From Octopus bimaculoides (Eukaryota), in assembly GCF_001194135.2 (NCBI RefSeq), contig NC_068986.1, positions 6,584,383 to 6,648,382 on the forward strand: a DNA stretch of 64,000 bases, read 5' to 3'. Position numbers and translations under genes: made by a program. Below the pieces are notes generated by a model. The model was not told where the DNA came from. It saw nothing but the letters and a program-made list of their open reading frames with translations, and searched no databases. Each line of letters opens with the position of its first letter. The stretch's first letter is position 1. Of this stretch, positions 25,762 through 38,249 are shown in pieces.

Positions 25762-26125
25762 GTGGTAGCTTGTGTGCCTCAATGACCTTGAGAGCTATGT
25801 TAGTGAAGAGTGTGCTCTTGGTAGAGCTTCTCATGCTAGACAGATAAAAGGATAGAGGCCAGAATAATATGAAGCGTCTCTCCTCTGAGGTATATATGAG
25901 CTTGTGTAAAGCCTAAAAAAGATACTAAGTTATAGAAGCATTGATGACGATTCAAAACCAAGAAAACCTGCGAGAGGAAGGCCTTCCTTCAGGGAAACAT
26001 ATGACACTGATGAGGATGGACCCATACAGAGAGAATAGTCTTGAGACGTCCTAGATATGATAACTGGAGAAAAGTTATTGATGGCCTAACTTCTATTGGG
26101 AGCAAAGGGCTTAAGTTAGTACTAG
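25762..26125 (+). mobile_element. Short RTE-derived element with RTE 5' UTR and RTE 3' end and no ORF
   Basis: The 5' part GGTAGCTTGTGTGCCTCAATGACCTTGAGAGCTATG..CTCATGCTAGACAG..GAGGCCAGA resembles recalled RTE 5' UTRs. The 3' part GATGGCCTAACTTCTATTGGGAGCAAAGGGCTTAAGTTAGT resembles RTE 3' ends. Confidence 0.55.
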
Positions 26126-26252
26126 TCAATTACTGGGGTGGAGTCTGTAGGCTCAAAACAGACATTAGCTAACCTATAACCTTACATAAGTTTAAGTTAG
26201 TCATTTACATTTATTCAACCATTAATAGAAAACCTGTAGTATAGTAATTTAC

Positions 26253-26334
26253 CTGAAAAAATGGTGAGAAACATCGTTTCTTTGAGGTGTTGGACAAATG
26301 CCACCATTTGGATGTTTAATAACTTCATTCTTCT
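26253..26334 (-). CDS. RGS22/RGSL1-like linker exon, KNEVIKHPNGGICPTPQRNDVSHHFF
   Basis: 82 nt, tttgctttcag| ... TTC AG|gtaaat. It is open and supplies the phase 1 to 2 bridge needed between the 31881 and 24434 exons. No homology recognised. Confidence 0.65.
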
Positions 26335-26624
26335 CTGAAAGCAAACATGAAAATGTTTTTAGTTTCATTTTATCATAAATACAATTTAAAGCAATCTTGA
26401 GGATGATATTCATATTACACAGCTACAGTAAACACTTGTTATCAAGTCATAGCAGTCCATAATTAGACTTATAAATGCCACCAAAAATAAACTGGGTATA
26501 GTAACTAAAAACAATCCAGATACCAGTACAACAGAAATTAAATGAACTGCAAACTATTCTCTATGGAATATTACCTTGGTAATTAAGTGCTTCAACAATG
26601 TAGATAACAAAATAGACGCAGGCC

Positions 26625-27005
26625 AGGCATAGCTGTGTGGTAAGAAGTTTACTTTCCAACCACGTGTTTTTTGGTTCAGTCCCACTGTGTGGCAACTTGG
26701 GCAAGTGTCTTCTACCATAGCCTTGGGCTGACCAAAACCTTGTGAGTGGATTTGGTAGATGGAAACTGAAAAAAGCCCATGTGTGTGTGTGTGTGTGTGT
26801 TTGTGTTTGTGTTTGTCCCTCACAACCACTTGACAACCAGTGTTGGTGTGTTTATGTCCTTTTAACTCAGCAGTTTGGTAAAAGAGTCTGATAGAATAAG
26901 TATCAGGCTTAAAAAAATGTTCTGAGGTCAATTCATTTGACAAAAACTTTTCAAAGGCAGTGCTCCAGTGTGGCTACAGTTTAATGATTGAAACAAATAA
27001 AAGAA
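26625..27005 (+). mobile_element. SINE family A, older full-length copy
   Basis: Head GCATAGCTGTGTGGTAAGAAG, (GT)n, tail CAGTGCTCCAG..GAAACAAATAAAAG. Confidence 0.85.
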
Positions 27006-28484
27006 AATAAATAAATAGATAAATAAATAAATAGATAAATAAACAAATAAATAAATAAATGCAGATTCATCCTCAACATAGAATTTTATCCTTTTAAAAA
27101 TTTTTTTACTTATATTTCATATAACCTCTCTTTCAGGAAAAGTATGACAGTTGCAGCAAAAAGTTCATTGGTATTAGTATAACTAATACTAGTGTTATAA
27201 TACAAGCTAGAAAGTCATTCACCAACATCCATCAGTTATAAATATGTGGGTTCCAGGTGATCCAATTAACAGAACAACCTGCTCGTGAAATTAACATGCA
27301 AGTGGCTGAGCACCCCACAGACACATGTACCCTTAACCTAGTTCTCAGGAAGATTCAGCATGGCACAGAGTGACAAGGCTGGCCCTTTTGAATTAGAAAT
27401 ACAACTCATTTGCCAGCAGACTCGAATGGAGCAGTGTGAAATAAAGTGTCTTGCTCAAGGACACAATGTATTGCCAGGAATTGAACTCGTGACCTTATGA
27501 TCATGAGCCAAATGCCCTAACCACTAAGCCACATGCCTTCACTTCTGATGATTCAGTGTTGGAGTAAAAAGTAAAGTGACGTGCTTTAGGAACCTGTGTT
27601 GTAACAATTTGACATTTCAACGCTTGCGATTGGTGTATGGGCAGAGACAGCAAAGGCAGATTACTATCCTCTGTACAGGTTGTAGCATGAGGAAATGCAT
27701 CCAATACACTTCATAAGGTAGTTGGTGGATATTCTCCATTGAATATGTTTTGCTACATAGCTGGAGACTACAGCTATTTAATAGATAAGAGCCTTCATGT
27801 CAAAATGAACCAGTTGCTGACAGGGTAATAAGATGTCATCATGATATGGAACTTGCTTTGCTCTTGAATAAACTTGACAGCACAAACTATAGAAATAAAC
27901 TTGACATCACAAACCTTAGAAACTGTTAGCAATGGAAAATATAAATGAGACCTAGTCCTCTAAGCCATCTTAGGGAAGTCAGTAACTCTGGATATGAAAT
28001 GGCTCTGAATGACATCCCATCCAACCCATGCAGGTATGGAGAGTGAATATAAACTGATGATAATGATGATGATGATGGGGAGGAGGAAGAGGAGGAGGAG
28101 GAGGAGGGCTGATGATGATGATGATAATGAGGAGGAGGGGCTGATGATGATGATGATGGGGATGAGGATGAGGATGAGGAAAATGATAATGAGGATGAGG
28201 ATATATGTGTATGTTTGTGCGTGATGTATGTATGCATGAGGGACAGTGGAAGATATAAAAAATGAATTAGATTAAATTGTAAAGTCACCTTGAGAATCGC
28301 ACTTATAGGACAGCATTGTGTTTTCCCTAGAAAACGTTACCTCCCGTATCTTTGTCTGTGATTTGGGTGTTAATACTGAGAATGATGACTGAGGAAGGCT
28401 CGTTGGGTCTCCAGTTGCTACATCTTTGGTTTCTGATTGTTTTGGAAGAGAAGAGGAATTTCTGAAAGAATAAGGGCAAAAATA

Positions 28485-29052
28485 TTGGGTCATCCCATAA
28501 ATAATGCACTTTTTTCAATTGCATGAGCTAAAAGTTGGAGGGGGACAGGATAAACTACCTACATCAACTTGCTATAAAAGCAAGTAGTAATTTTACCCTG
28601 TACTTATTTTTAGTGGAATATTTGAAGAGTGCAGTTCAATTTTAACAGTTATTTTTCCAAAGCTATATAATGGAAATGACAAAGGAGCATATTCGACATA
28701 TTTTGCTTTAAGAATTCAATTTAGGCAACAATGCAGCAGAAAGTGTGAGGAATATTAATGCAGTATAAGGGGATCGAACAATAAGTGTAAGCCAGTGTCA
28801 ATGGTAGTTCCAAAAATTCTGAGCTGGAAACTACAGCCTAGAAGATGAGTCTCATCCTGGAAGATCCGCAGAGCTTGATGAGGATATCCTGCAAACCCTG
28901 GTGGAACAAAATCACATTATAACTGTTGAGGAACTAGCAGAGAAGTTTGGATTTGGTCATTCAACCATTCATTGACACCTGCATGCCATTGGAGACGTCA
29001 GCAAATTGGGTCAATGGATTCCTCACAAACTTTCCAATTTTAATCGCGTGCA
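28485..29052 (+). mobile_element. 5' half of the same mariner family (left TIR plus HTH region, with stops)
   Basis: TA|TTGGGTCATCCCATAAATAATGC; MEMTKEHIRHILL*EFNLG...LEDE..GRS..LDED.L..LVEQN...KLGQWIPHKL. Confidence 0.9.
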
Positions 29053-29510
29053 GGGCAATAAGACAGGGCAATAAGATGTCATCATGATACTGAACTCTCT
29101 TTCCTGTTGAATAAACTTGACATCACAAACTATTTCTTGCAACACATATTATAATCAGACGCAGAGACTTATTTTCCTTGCCTTGCACTAACTTACCATT
29201 TGTTTTAGAGTGAATAACTTTTTAACATACTGAAATAATGCACAACCTTTTTACACTAAAAAAGGAAAGTAAAAACTTTTGCCTGTATTTTACGATGCTT
29301 ATATCTTACATCAAATTGAAAGTAAACTTTAGTTGTATAGTATGAAAATTTCTACAATTATTTTCAACTCATGCAGCATTACATTAAACATGCTCTTTAC
29401 TCTCACAAAACATGCAATATTTATTATTTTTTTTGTATTCTCTTATGTACTAATGTTTCTTAGCCATTATTATGTATAACATTCTTCTACTGTTGGACTA
29501 AAATTTGCAT

Positions 29511-29938
29511 GAAATTAGTTCTGGCCACTATTTTTATTTTAAAATTAAATTAGTTCTGGACACCGTTTTTATTATAGAATTAAATTAGTTCTGGCCACTA
29601 TTTTTATTATAGAATTAAATTAGTTCTGGCCACTATTTTTATTTTAAAATTAAATTAGTTCTGACCACTATTTTTATTATAAAATCAAATTAATTCTGGC
29701 CACTGTTTTGATTATAAAATTAAATTAGTTCTGGTCACTATCTTTACTATAAAATTAAATTAGTTCTGGTCACCGTTTTTATTATAGAATTAAATTAGTT
29801 CTGGCCACTATTTTTATTATCAAATTAAATTAATTCTGGCCACTGTCTTGATTATAAAATTAAATTAGTTCTGGCCACTGTTTTTATTAAAGAATTAAAT
29901 TAGTTCTGGCTACTATTTTTATTATAAAATTAAATTAG
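29511..29938. repeat. 35-bp minisatellite, about 12 copies
   Basis: Unit AAATTAGTTCTGGCCACTATTTTTATTATAAAATT. Confidence 0.95.
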
Positions 29939-31439
29939 TAAATTGTTGAAAGATTTACCTTTTGTTCCTATTTCTTTCCTTTGCTCTGAATTATAAGTTG
30001 CCTGGCATAAGCATTCATGTTATAACAAGACTTGTGAACTTTTTATATTATTATGCTTGTAATTTGTCAAAATCTTATTGTCTCTCATCAAAAGGAGACC
30101 TTCAACCTTTGATCCCTCACCATCCTAAATATCTTATTCATCTGCTAGGAATCATATACAACGTATAATATTTAATTTTAAAATCAATCCACATTCCAAA
30201 AAGCTTTTATCAAAGAAACCAGTTCATATTAAAAAATTGCGAGTAAGGTTTAAAATAAGAAAACTCACTGAGGTATGCTTTCTTTACCAAAGTTATTGGT
30301 AGATTTAGGGGTCTTACTTTCAACTATTAATATATCACTGTCTTTCTGTGTGCAGGAAGTGAGGTATCCATCATCAACAATAACTCCACTAGCTTGATAA
30401 AAGAAACACAAAATAGAAGAAAATTTTTTAAAAGACTTATAGAAAATTAATTCATCTGGAAGTTATTTTAAAATGACATTTTTATCTCTGAAAAAGTAAA
30501 TAGTTGAAAGTTATGAGAGATTTTAATATATATTCTAGTTACTCTGGTATATGAAAAAAGCATCTGGTACAGGCTGTAATATGGTTTGTGATAGGAAGAG
30601 TCTCAGCTATAGAAACCATGTTAAATAGACACTGCAACACATGAAGCCGTTTTTAGGCCCATTGGATCCTGTCAAGCCATCCAATCCATACCAGTATGGA
30701 AGATTTTCAATAAATGATTATAATGATAAGTAAGCCAGCAGTACAGTAAGAATATTGGAAAAATTCCTGTGACATTCTTTCCATAAAGTGGTAAACTGGC
30801 AGAATCATAAAGGAATCAGAAAAAGCCTATGGCATTTCTACCAGTTATTTATGTTCTGATTTCAAATCCTGTCAAAATCAACTTTACTTTTCATCCTTCC
30901 GAAGTTGATAGGTACCTGTCAATTTAATTGATGAAGCCCCTCCTCCTAAAAGCTGCTTGCTTTGTATCTAAATTAAAAACAATTATTGCAAGCCAACCAA
31001 ATATTAGTGAATTTCATAAGGATAATATCACAATTTTATATCTACTTAGAACTTAATGAAAGGGGCTCTTGAAAATTACAGTGGAGGTGACAGGATATGA
31101 ACTATTAACTCTTTGGGTACTTGTTTATTATCCAATTACTTTGGAAAATAAACTTCCCATGCAGGAAGTCATATATCTATATTCGATATTTTTCAATAAA
31201 TAAAATTAAAAACAAACATTCATACTATAAAGAAAATTATAAAGAACAAATATGAACAGTAAAATAAATAAATATGCAAAATGTGCAAAATGGTTTTAGA
31301 TTCTTCATGAAATAAATGTGTTTTCAAAAAATTGCTGACTTTAAAATTAAGTAGTCAATGTATTTGTCCCTGTTCTATGAATCTAATAGTAAAGGATATT
31401 ACAGAACTTGAAGTCTTCAATGTGAATGGAGCTGGGGTA

Positions 31440-31850
31440 CTGCCTTGAAAGGTTTAGTCAGACATATCAACCTCAGTACTTATTATAAGTCTGAGCCGCT
31501 AGGATATGGGATACAAAATGATCAACACTGGTTGTCAAGTGGTAGGAGAGGACAAACACAATGGCACACACAAAATACATGCATACACACACACACATAC
31601 ACACATGTATACATACATAAATACATACACACATGCAGGGACTCATAATGCATGCAAAGATACATACATACATACATACATATATATATACATTCACATA
31701 TAATGGGCTTCCACACAATTTCCATCTATCAAATTCACTCACAAGGCCTGAGGTTATAATAAAAGACACTTGCCCAAGGTGTCATACAGTGGGACTACAC
31801 ATGAAACCATGTGGCTGCAAAGTAAGCTTCTTAATCCCAAAAACCATACC
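31440..31850 (-). mobile_element. SINE family A, older full-length copy
   Basis: Reverse complement of the family A consensus; ends about 30 nt from the exon 31881 donor. Confidence 0.8.
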
Positions 31851-31880
31851 TCTTACACAAAGTATATTTGAATTACTTAC

Positions 31881-32140
31881 TTGGTTCTGATGCAGTCTGA
31901 GAAAAATATGTTCTTTGTGGTTGCGGAGCAGAATATGTTAAATTTATCCAAGAATAGTTTGGTTCTTGACTTTCAATAAAAGTGGAAGAAGCGCCATTAC
32001 TAAGACTGGAAACACAACTTCCAGTTTGCCGACTGTAACCTCGAATAAGTTGGCTTGATTCTTGGCTATCTCCCACTCGCTGCTCATCCAAAGGCCGTAA
32101 TATTTGCTTACAGAGCTTCATTTCTCTAAAGAGTTCAGAC
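31881..32140 (-). CDS. RGS22/RGSL1-like exon, (R)SELFREMKLCKQILRPLD...QTASEP
   Basis: 260 nt, tttgcag|G ... CCA A|gtaagt, phase 2 to 1; continues the conserved motif from the previous exon. Confidence 0.88.
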
Positions 32141-32852
32141 CTGCAAAGATCAGGAAACAAAACATGGTCTATTATTTTTTGTGTTTTTTACTCAAAAACA
32201 ACTTTCACCTATATTTTTGCACACTTTATTCTAAAACAGCATTCATAAATAAGCAGGTATAAGTAGGTTGTTACCCAAATCTACAATACAAGATTGACTC
32301 TTGGTCACATGACATCACTATGCTTACTCCACATTCTTACGATATTTGGCTGCAGACAGTAACTTAGAGAAGGATGTGTCCTGCCAGATCAATTATCAAC
32401 TTATTGATGTGATACAGTAAATAACACTTCAATTGTTGTCTGAAATTTCAGTAAGGGTTTGTATTTTTAGGTTCTCTTTTATATCCCAATTGGCTGAAAA
32501 CACCAGTCCAGCAATACTTGTATATATTAAGTCCTCTGATCCATACAAGGTTAAAATTGGTTTCAAATTTTTCCACAAGGGCAGCAATTCTAGGGGAGGG
32601 GTAAGTCAGTTACATCAACCCTAGTATTCAATTGGTACTTATTTCCTCAATCCTGAAAGGATGAAAGGTAAAGTCGACCTCAGTGGAATTTGAACTCAGA
32701 ATGTAAAGACAAACGAAATGCTAAGCATTTTGCCTGGCATGTTACCAATTCTGCCAGCTTGCTGTCTTAATACAAGGCTAATATTAAATTATATGAACTA
32801 TTTTCTTAGGAAGACAGACAATTATGCCCAAAATATACATATATTCTAAGCA

Positions 32853-33062
32853 TGCTGTGTGGTTAAGAAGCTCACTTTGCAACTTTGTGGGTTTGGGTTC
32901 AGTTCCACAGTGCAGCACCTTAAGCAAGGGTTTCCTGCTATTGCCCTGCAGTGACCAATGTTTTGTGAGTAAATTTGGTAGACAGAAACTGTGAGAATGC
33001 TCATTCTCTCTGTCTCTGTCTGTCTGTCTCTCTCTCTTTCTCTCCCCCTCCACACATATGAA

Positions 33063-33120
<58 letters not shown>

Positions 33121-33320
33121 TATGTTTGTGTTTGTCTCCCCACCACTTGACAATCAGTGTTGGGTTGTTTACTTTGTGGTTTGGCAAAACTGACCAATAG
33201 AATAAGTGCCAGACTATTAAAAACTAAGTACTGATATTAATTTATTCAACTAAACATATCAAGGTGGCACTCCAGCATGGCTACAGTCAGGTGACTGAAG
33301 CAAATAAAAGATAAAAGATA
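32853..33320 (+). mobile_element. SINE family A, older full-length copy
   Basis: GCATGCTGTGTGGTTAAGAAG head, internal (CT)/(GT) microsatellite, AAAAGATAAAAGATA tail. Confidence 0.85.
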
Positions 33321-33401
33321 TTGTATACATTTATTCAAATGTAATTAATTAGATTACTTGGTGTCAGAAGTTAATTTGCAAGAATAGTTTTCTAAACTCG
33401 C

Positions 33402-33577
33402 CTTATAAAAAGTGGTAGTCTTCTGTATTGTGCCCATGAAAGCATCCTCTCACATTCTTCTGATGTAGCTCCATACTGAGACAAGGGTGTTTCTGTAGAA
33501 CCATTTTCATTAATATTTGGTTGGCTGTCCTCAAAAGCTCCTGTTAAACGGTTATAAGATAAACCAATTGGGAAAAC
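33402..33577 (-). CDS. RGS22/RGSL1-like exon, VFPIGLSYNRLTGAFE...SWAQYRRLPLFI
   Basis: 176 nt, ttttcag|GTT; it must end at ATA AG|gcgagt (GC donor) to stay in frame with the next exon; W...RLP.F motif. Confidence 0.88.
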
Positions 33578-33619
33578 CTGAAAAACGAAATTTGAAAATA
33601 ATTTCATTTTAACAATAAG

Positions 33620-33869
33620 AGCTGATGGTCAAGATAATGGAGGTGGCAGAAGATCTTCCCAAGGACACAGTGAGGAATGCACACACTAGATTCTGGAGCT
33701 GTCTTGAGGCTGTGGTGGAAGGTGAGGGCAGCTACTTAGAATAAACTGTTCTATCCCAGCCATAATCTAGTTGATACTTTTTGACTTTTTAAAATACTTT
33801 CATTTTTAGATGGGATATTGTGTTTTATTTTCCTTTTATGGAAACTGTCAAATTTGCCCAAACATCCTG
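33620..33869 (+). mobile_element. Tc1/mariner-superfamily 3' end (transposase C-terminus plus right TIR)
   Basis: ELMVKIMEVAEDLPKDTVRNAHTRFWSCLEAVVEGEGSYLE* resembles the RF..RLEAVV.A.G.Y.E C-terminus; ends ...CAAACATCCTG|TA. Confidence 0.7.
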
Positions 33870-34519
33870 TATATCACCTTTCATGCACTTTTTTCTGTAA
33901 GGGATTTAAGAAAATTAAAAGGTTAATATTTTTGAAAATCTGGATATGTATTGGCAATTTTACATGTATTTGTATATTTGAATACCTACTTGGCATGCAG
34001 TAAAGTATCTAGGTGTGTGAGAGAGATAGCAATGAGGGCTATCTGCCCTAGGTGACACTTTTATGGGGGTAGCAGTTTTGGGTCTACTGTATAAGGCTGG
34101 AGGTCCTGTTAGGGAGTGTGGTAAACTTGAGGGTTTCCCCAAACAGCACATACTCTAGATATGGCACTGATGGCATGAAGCATGTGGCTATGTGCACATG
34201 TTTTATTCCATTTTCAGTGTGTCATGGAATGAACACCTCATTAATACAAGAAACTTCTAAAAGTATCAAATAGCATTAGAGAAAAATGAATTTGCTTTGC
34301 TGGACACTGGAGCTGGTTAGGGACATCCTATTTCAAATATCTCAATGTCGTTGCAATTGCATTGATTTAAGTATAGTGAAAATATTCATCAATCAGTTTA
34401 AAGATGACATGTAATGTAACCGACAGGAACTTCCACATACCATGGATGATGATGATGATAGTGGTGGTAGTGGTGGTGGTGGTGGTGGTGGTGGTGACGA
34501 TGATGACGATGATGACGAC

Positions 34520-34559
<40 letters not shown>

Positions 34560-34561
34560 TT

Positions 34562-34606
<45 letters not shown>

Positions 34607-37600
34607 TTTGAACGATGGAGTTGTGAAAACTACAGTGATCTTGCAGTATCCTTTATCCACAGTAATTGATGCATTACTGTATATTTAAAGCACTGATTAG
34701 TTAGTTGACAACAGGAAATACCCATCATTATTAAGTATAAAACAGATTGATTTGGATCCAATTTCAGTAATCAACATGAAATTCAGCTTTGATAATTCTG
34801 AATTTGTAATTGCTAATACTGTCCAAATTATAAGATGAAGCAAAAGGGGCTGAAAATGTGCCAAGAATTATCGGAAATATATCAAAAATAGAGCTGTGAC
34901 TTCCTGTATGAGCTTTTGATAATCACATGTGGGTTTTTTTTTTTTATTATGTAAAAGCTTAATTCATATACAATAGTCTTAGTGACAGGTATATATACAT
35001 TAAAGACAAGTTTATAGAGGAATCAACTCTAATTTCTCTATAAACATCTTACAGAATTTCAAAATAAGAATCACATTCCTTGGAGTTGATAGGATGTCTT
35101 TTTTTCCCTTCAACAAAACAATGTACTATGTCTATGTAGCTGTGTAGAAGAAATGCTTATGAAAAAAATTTGACTCTATGATGCTAGAAGTGGTGCAGAA
35201 GCACCTTTATAAACTTAACACAGTGTCATGACAGTTTTTGTTCTGCTTTATAAGTTGAAGTAGTATAAACCAATGCACTAAGTTACTTATACTCATATAC
35301 ACGCACAGGTTCACACAATTTTCAGCTTGCCCACACATACATACTCACGCATTCACCTCCCATTCATATATACACACTCACACTCACCATTCTCACATAC
35401 ACACATGTGCTTGTACACCTTAGCTTCATCTGGGTCACCGTTCTTATCTCCCTTCCATTCAGCCTCTTTCTTCCAGCCATTTCATCATGTTGAACCATTC
35501 ATTAATCCCTAACATTTTCTTTTTCTCTCCATTTTTTTTTCCATTTTCTCTCTGTTTTTTTCCTCTTAATCCTTTCCGTCAAAGTGCATAGGCTTGAAAC
35601 GTCAGAGACTTTTCCATTCTTCACAAGTGTTAAACTAATAAAACCTGCTTGTTATTCCTTCACCTGTCTTCATCTTTTGCTGTCTGTAAATTTTAACTAT
35701 ATAAACCAAGGACAATGAGTTTCTCATAGAATTCATATTCATCAACAGAATTCAAAAAGCTGTGTGAAGATAGACACATTGAAGCTATATACATTATAGG
35801 CTTCTATGTTTTTTCACCCAAATTCAGCTCTCTTGTCTTAGTCAATTACTTTAGTTCTACGCAGTATAATACAAAAATGGGTATGTGTGCATGTCACATT
35901 GGACAGCTTAATTGCAAAAGCATTCCAACTGCTGTGTATAACCCTCATGCCATTTCCATCCTTGAATTTCATTTGTAGAAATGTAAGACTACAAATCCAA
36001 TTTTGACAGTTAAGTAAATAGAAGCTTTACCTTAAGCCAAAATGAAGCGCATAATAGTAGCTGAATTATATTGAATCACATTAAAACAGTACATAATTGC
36101 AATGTCTCAGAATTGTATCAGAGGTGACCTATTCTTTGCTACAAAATGCAATACAGAGCTATATGGTTAAAGAGTTTGCTTCACAACCATGTGGTTTTAG
36201 GTTCAATCCCATTGCACTGCCCCTTGGTCAAGTATCTTCTGTCAGAGTCTTGGGCTGATCAAAGTGAGTAGAATTTTGTAGATAGAAACTGTGTGGCAGC
36301 CCAATGGAGAAACCATTCTCAAACATGAGTATTGGCTTAATTTTAACTCAACTACCTGTATCATGGATGTTTTATAGAATACACCTTGTTGTTAAGAATC
36401 AAGTTAGGTCTCTGGACCAAAGATAATTTCCATCAAGTATGTAGGCTATAAAAAATGAGGCCAGGAGCTCTGCACTTCTACATCTGTCGAAGCCCTTAAT
36501 TACTCCCAACCATTCAATAACACCATTACAATGTGTAATGTTACTCCAGATGTTTTCCAAATAAATCCAATTGCCTAAATAATTATTTCAAATTTTTGTC
36601 ACAAAGGCAGCTTGAGAGAGGTGGAGATGAGTCGATTACACTGACCCCAGTGTTCCACTGGTACTTATGTTATCAACCCCAAAAGGATGAAAAGCAAAGT
36701 TGACCTCGGCAGAATTTTAGCTCAGAATGTAGCAGCAGACGAAATGCCGCTAAGCATTTCGCACAGCATGCTAACAATTCTGCCAGCTCGCTGCCTTCTC
36801 AACGACTTAAATAATAACACATTGAGTACAGCTTATAATCAATGGAAGTGTTAGTGGATTTACAGTGGATGTGAATGCTTACTAGTCACAGATACAGTGA
36901 CAAATTACATCAGTAGCAATGATGATAACTGTTATAACAGTGCAGACTATATGTAGTAATGTAAGCACTAATATGATGCAAGCTTTGATTAATCAAAACA
37001 CTAGCTGCACCAAGGAGAGCTAAGCTCGCATCTACCTTAGCGAAAGGTTGATTAAATTGATATCTCAATTGTCATAGATATTTATGTATAATGTTACCAA
37101 GTATAATATGTATAACAATTTTGGGGGCTTGAATTGTGTTAAAAACATATAATGCTATGCTGTTGCATTGCTACTACAAGGGTTGATAATCAACCATAAT
37201 CTAGTGTGTTAGTTTCTTTAGTATTTAATTTCATTCCCTATTTAAGTCAGCTGTTGCAACTTTCCAACCAGATCAGTGTGCTATTTCTTGCAGAAGGCTG
37301 ATCTGAAACCCAGACAACTAAAAAAAAGTCACCAAGGAGATAAGCACCACAGCTGAAACCAACTCAAGGCAGTTGTGGTTGACAAGAGATCACATGTGGA
37401 AACATTCTGCAGAGAAAACAATATTCAGTTCTAGCTGCCCCACTCAGGTAAAGCATACTGACTAATGAGCAATGTTCATGTGACCCTGAGCTACTTGATG
37501 GTATGGAAGGGCTTTAAACATTGTAATGGGCTCAGAAGAAGAGCTTGCAATACCTCTGAGTAGTTCCAGTAATGTGAGAGCAAGTGGCTCAGTGGTTATG

Positions 37601-37891
37601 GGGTTACATTCACAATTGCAAGTTTCAAGTTTTCAATTCTCTGATCAGGCTGTGTGTTGTTGTACAACACTTGTGAGTAAAACACTTAATTTACTTTCTG
37701 CTTTGATCACTTCAACATCTGACATGTAGCACACCATGCACAAGGCAATGTTCATTTGATGGAGTGAGTGAGCTAAAGTAGAGCACAGACATTTGATCCC
37801 TATAAACAAATCACCTGTGCACGTTGTTCAGCAAGAAATTGCAGAATACTGATCTGGTATCTACTGCAGCAAAGTTCACCAGAACCACAAC

Positions 37892-38249
37892 CACCACCAC
37901 CGGTGTCGGGGAAAAGCATCTCCAATGTTTATTTGACCTGTAATTTTATTTTTTTTTTTTAAATGATAAGGCTTTATTACGATTATGTGAACATTGCTTG
38001 AAAATAATTGTTCAAAAACAATAATTTGAAAACAATTATTTGAAAAGCATTTATTTGAATGGAAAATTGTATGAAAGAAAATTATTCAAAAGGACAATTA
38101 TACCAAATGTTAATTATTCTAAATTTTTCATTTTATTTAAACAAAAACGATTAAATTAAAGATCAAGTTCACAAAGGATATTTATTTTGAATAACTGTTT
38201 TTCGAATAACTGTTTTCGAATAATTGTTTCAAACTATTTTCCTGATACA
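37892..38249. mobile_element. Possible non-autonomous DNA transposon with subterminal GAATAACTGTTTT repeats
   Basis: GGTGTCGGGGAAAA at the left versus TTTTCCTGATAC at the right (imperfect TIR), with short internal tandem and inverted repeats. Confidence 0.35.

Noticed and set aside
29511-29938. Regular repeat array superficially CRISPR-like
   Set aside because: No unique spacers, eukaryotic context and no cas genes; it is a plain minisatellite.
33998-34168. Possible hAT-like MITE (CAGT..TATCTAG ends)
   Set aside because: TIRs are too degenerate and no 8-bp TSD is visible.
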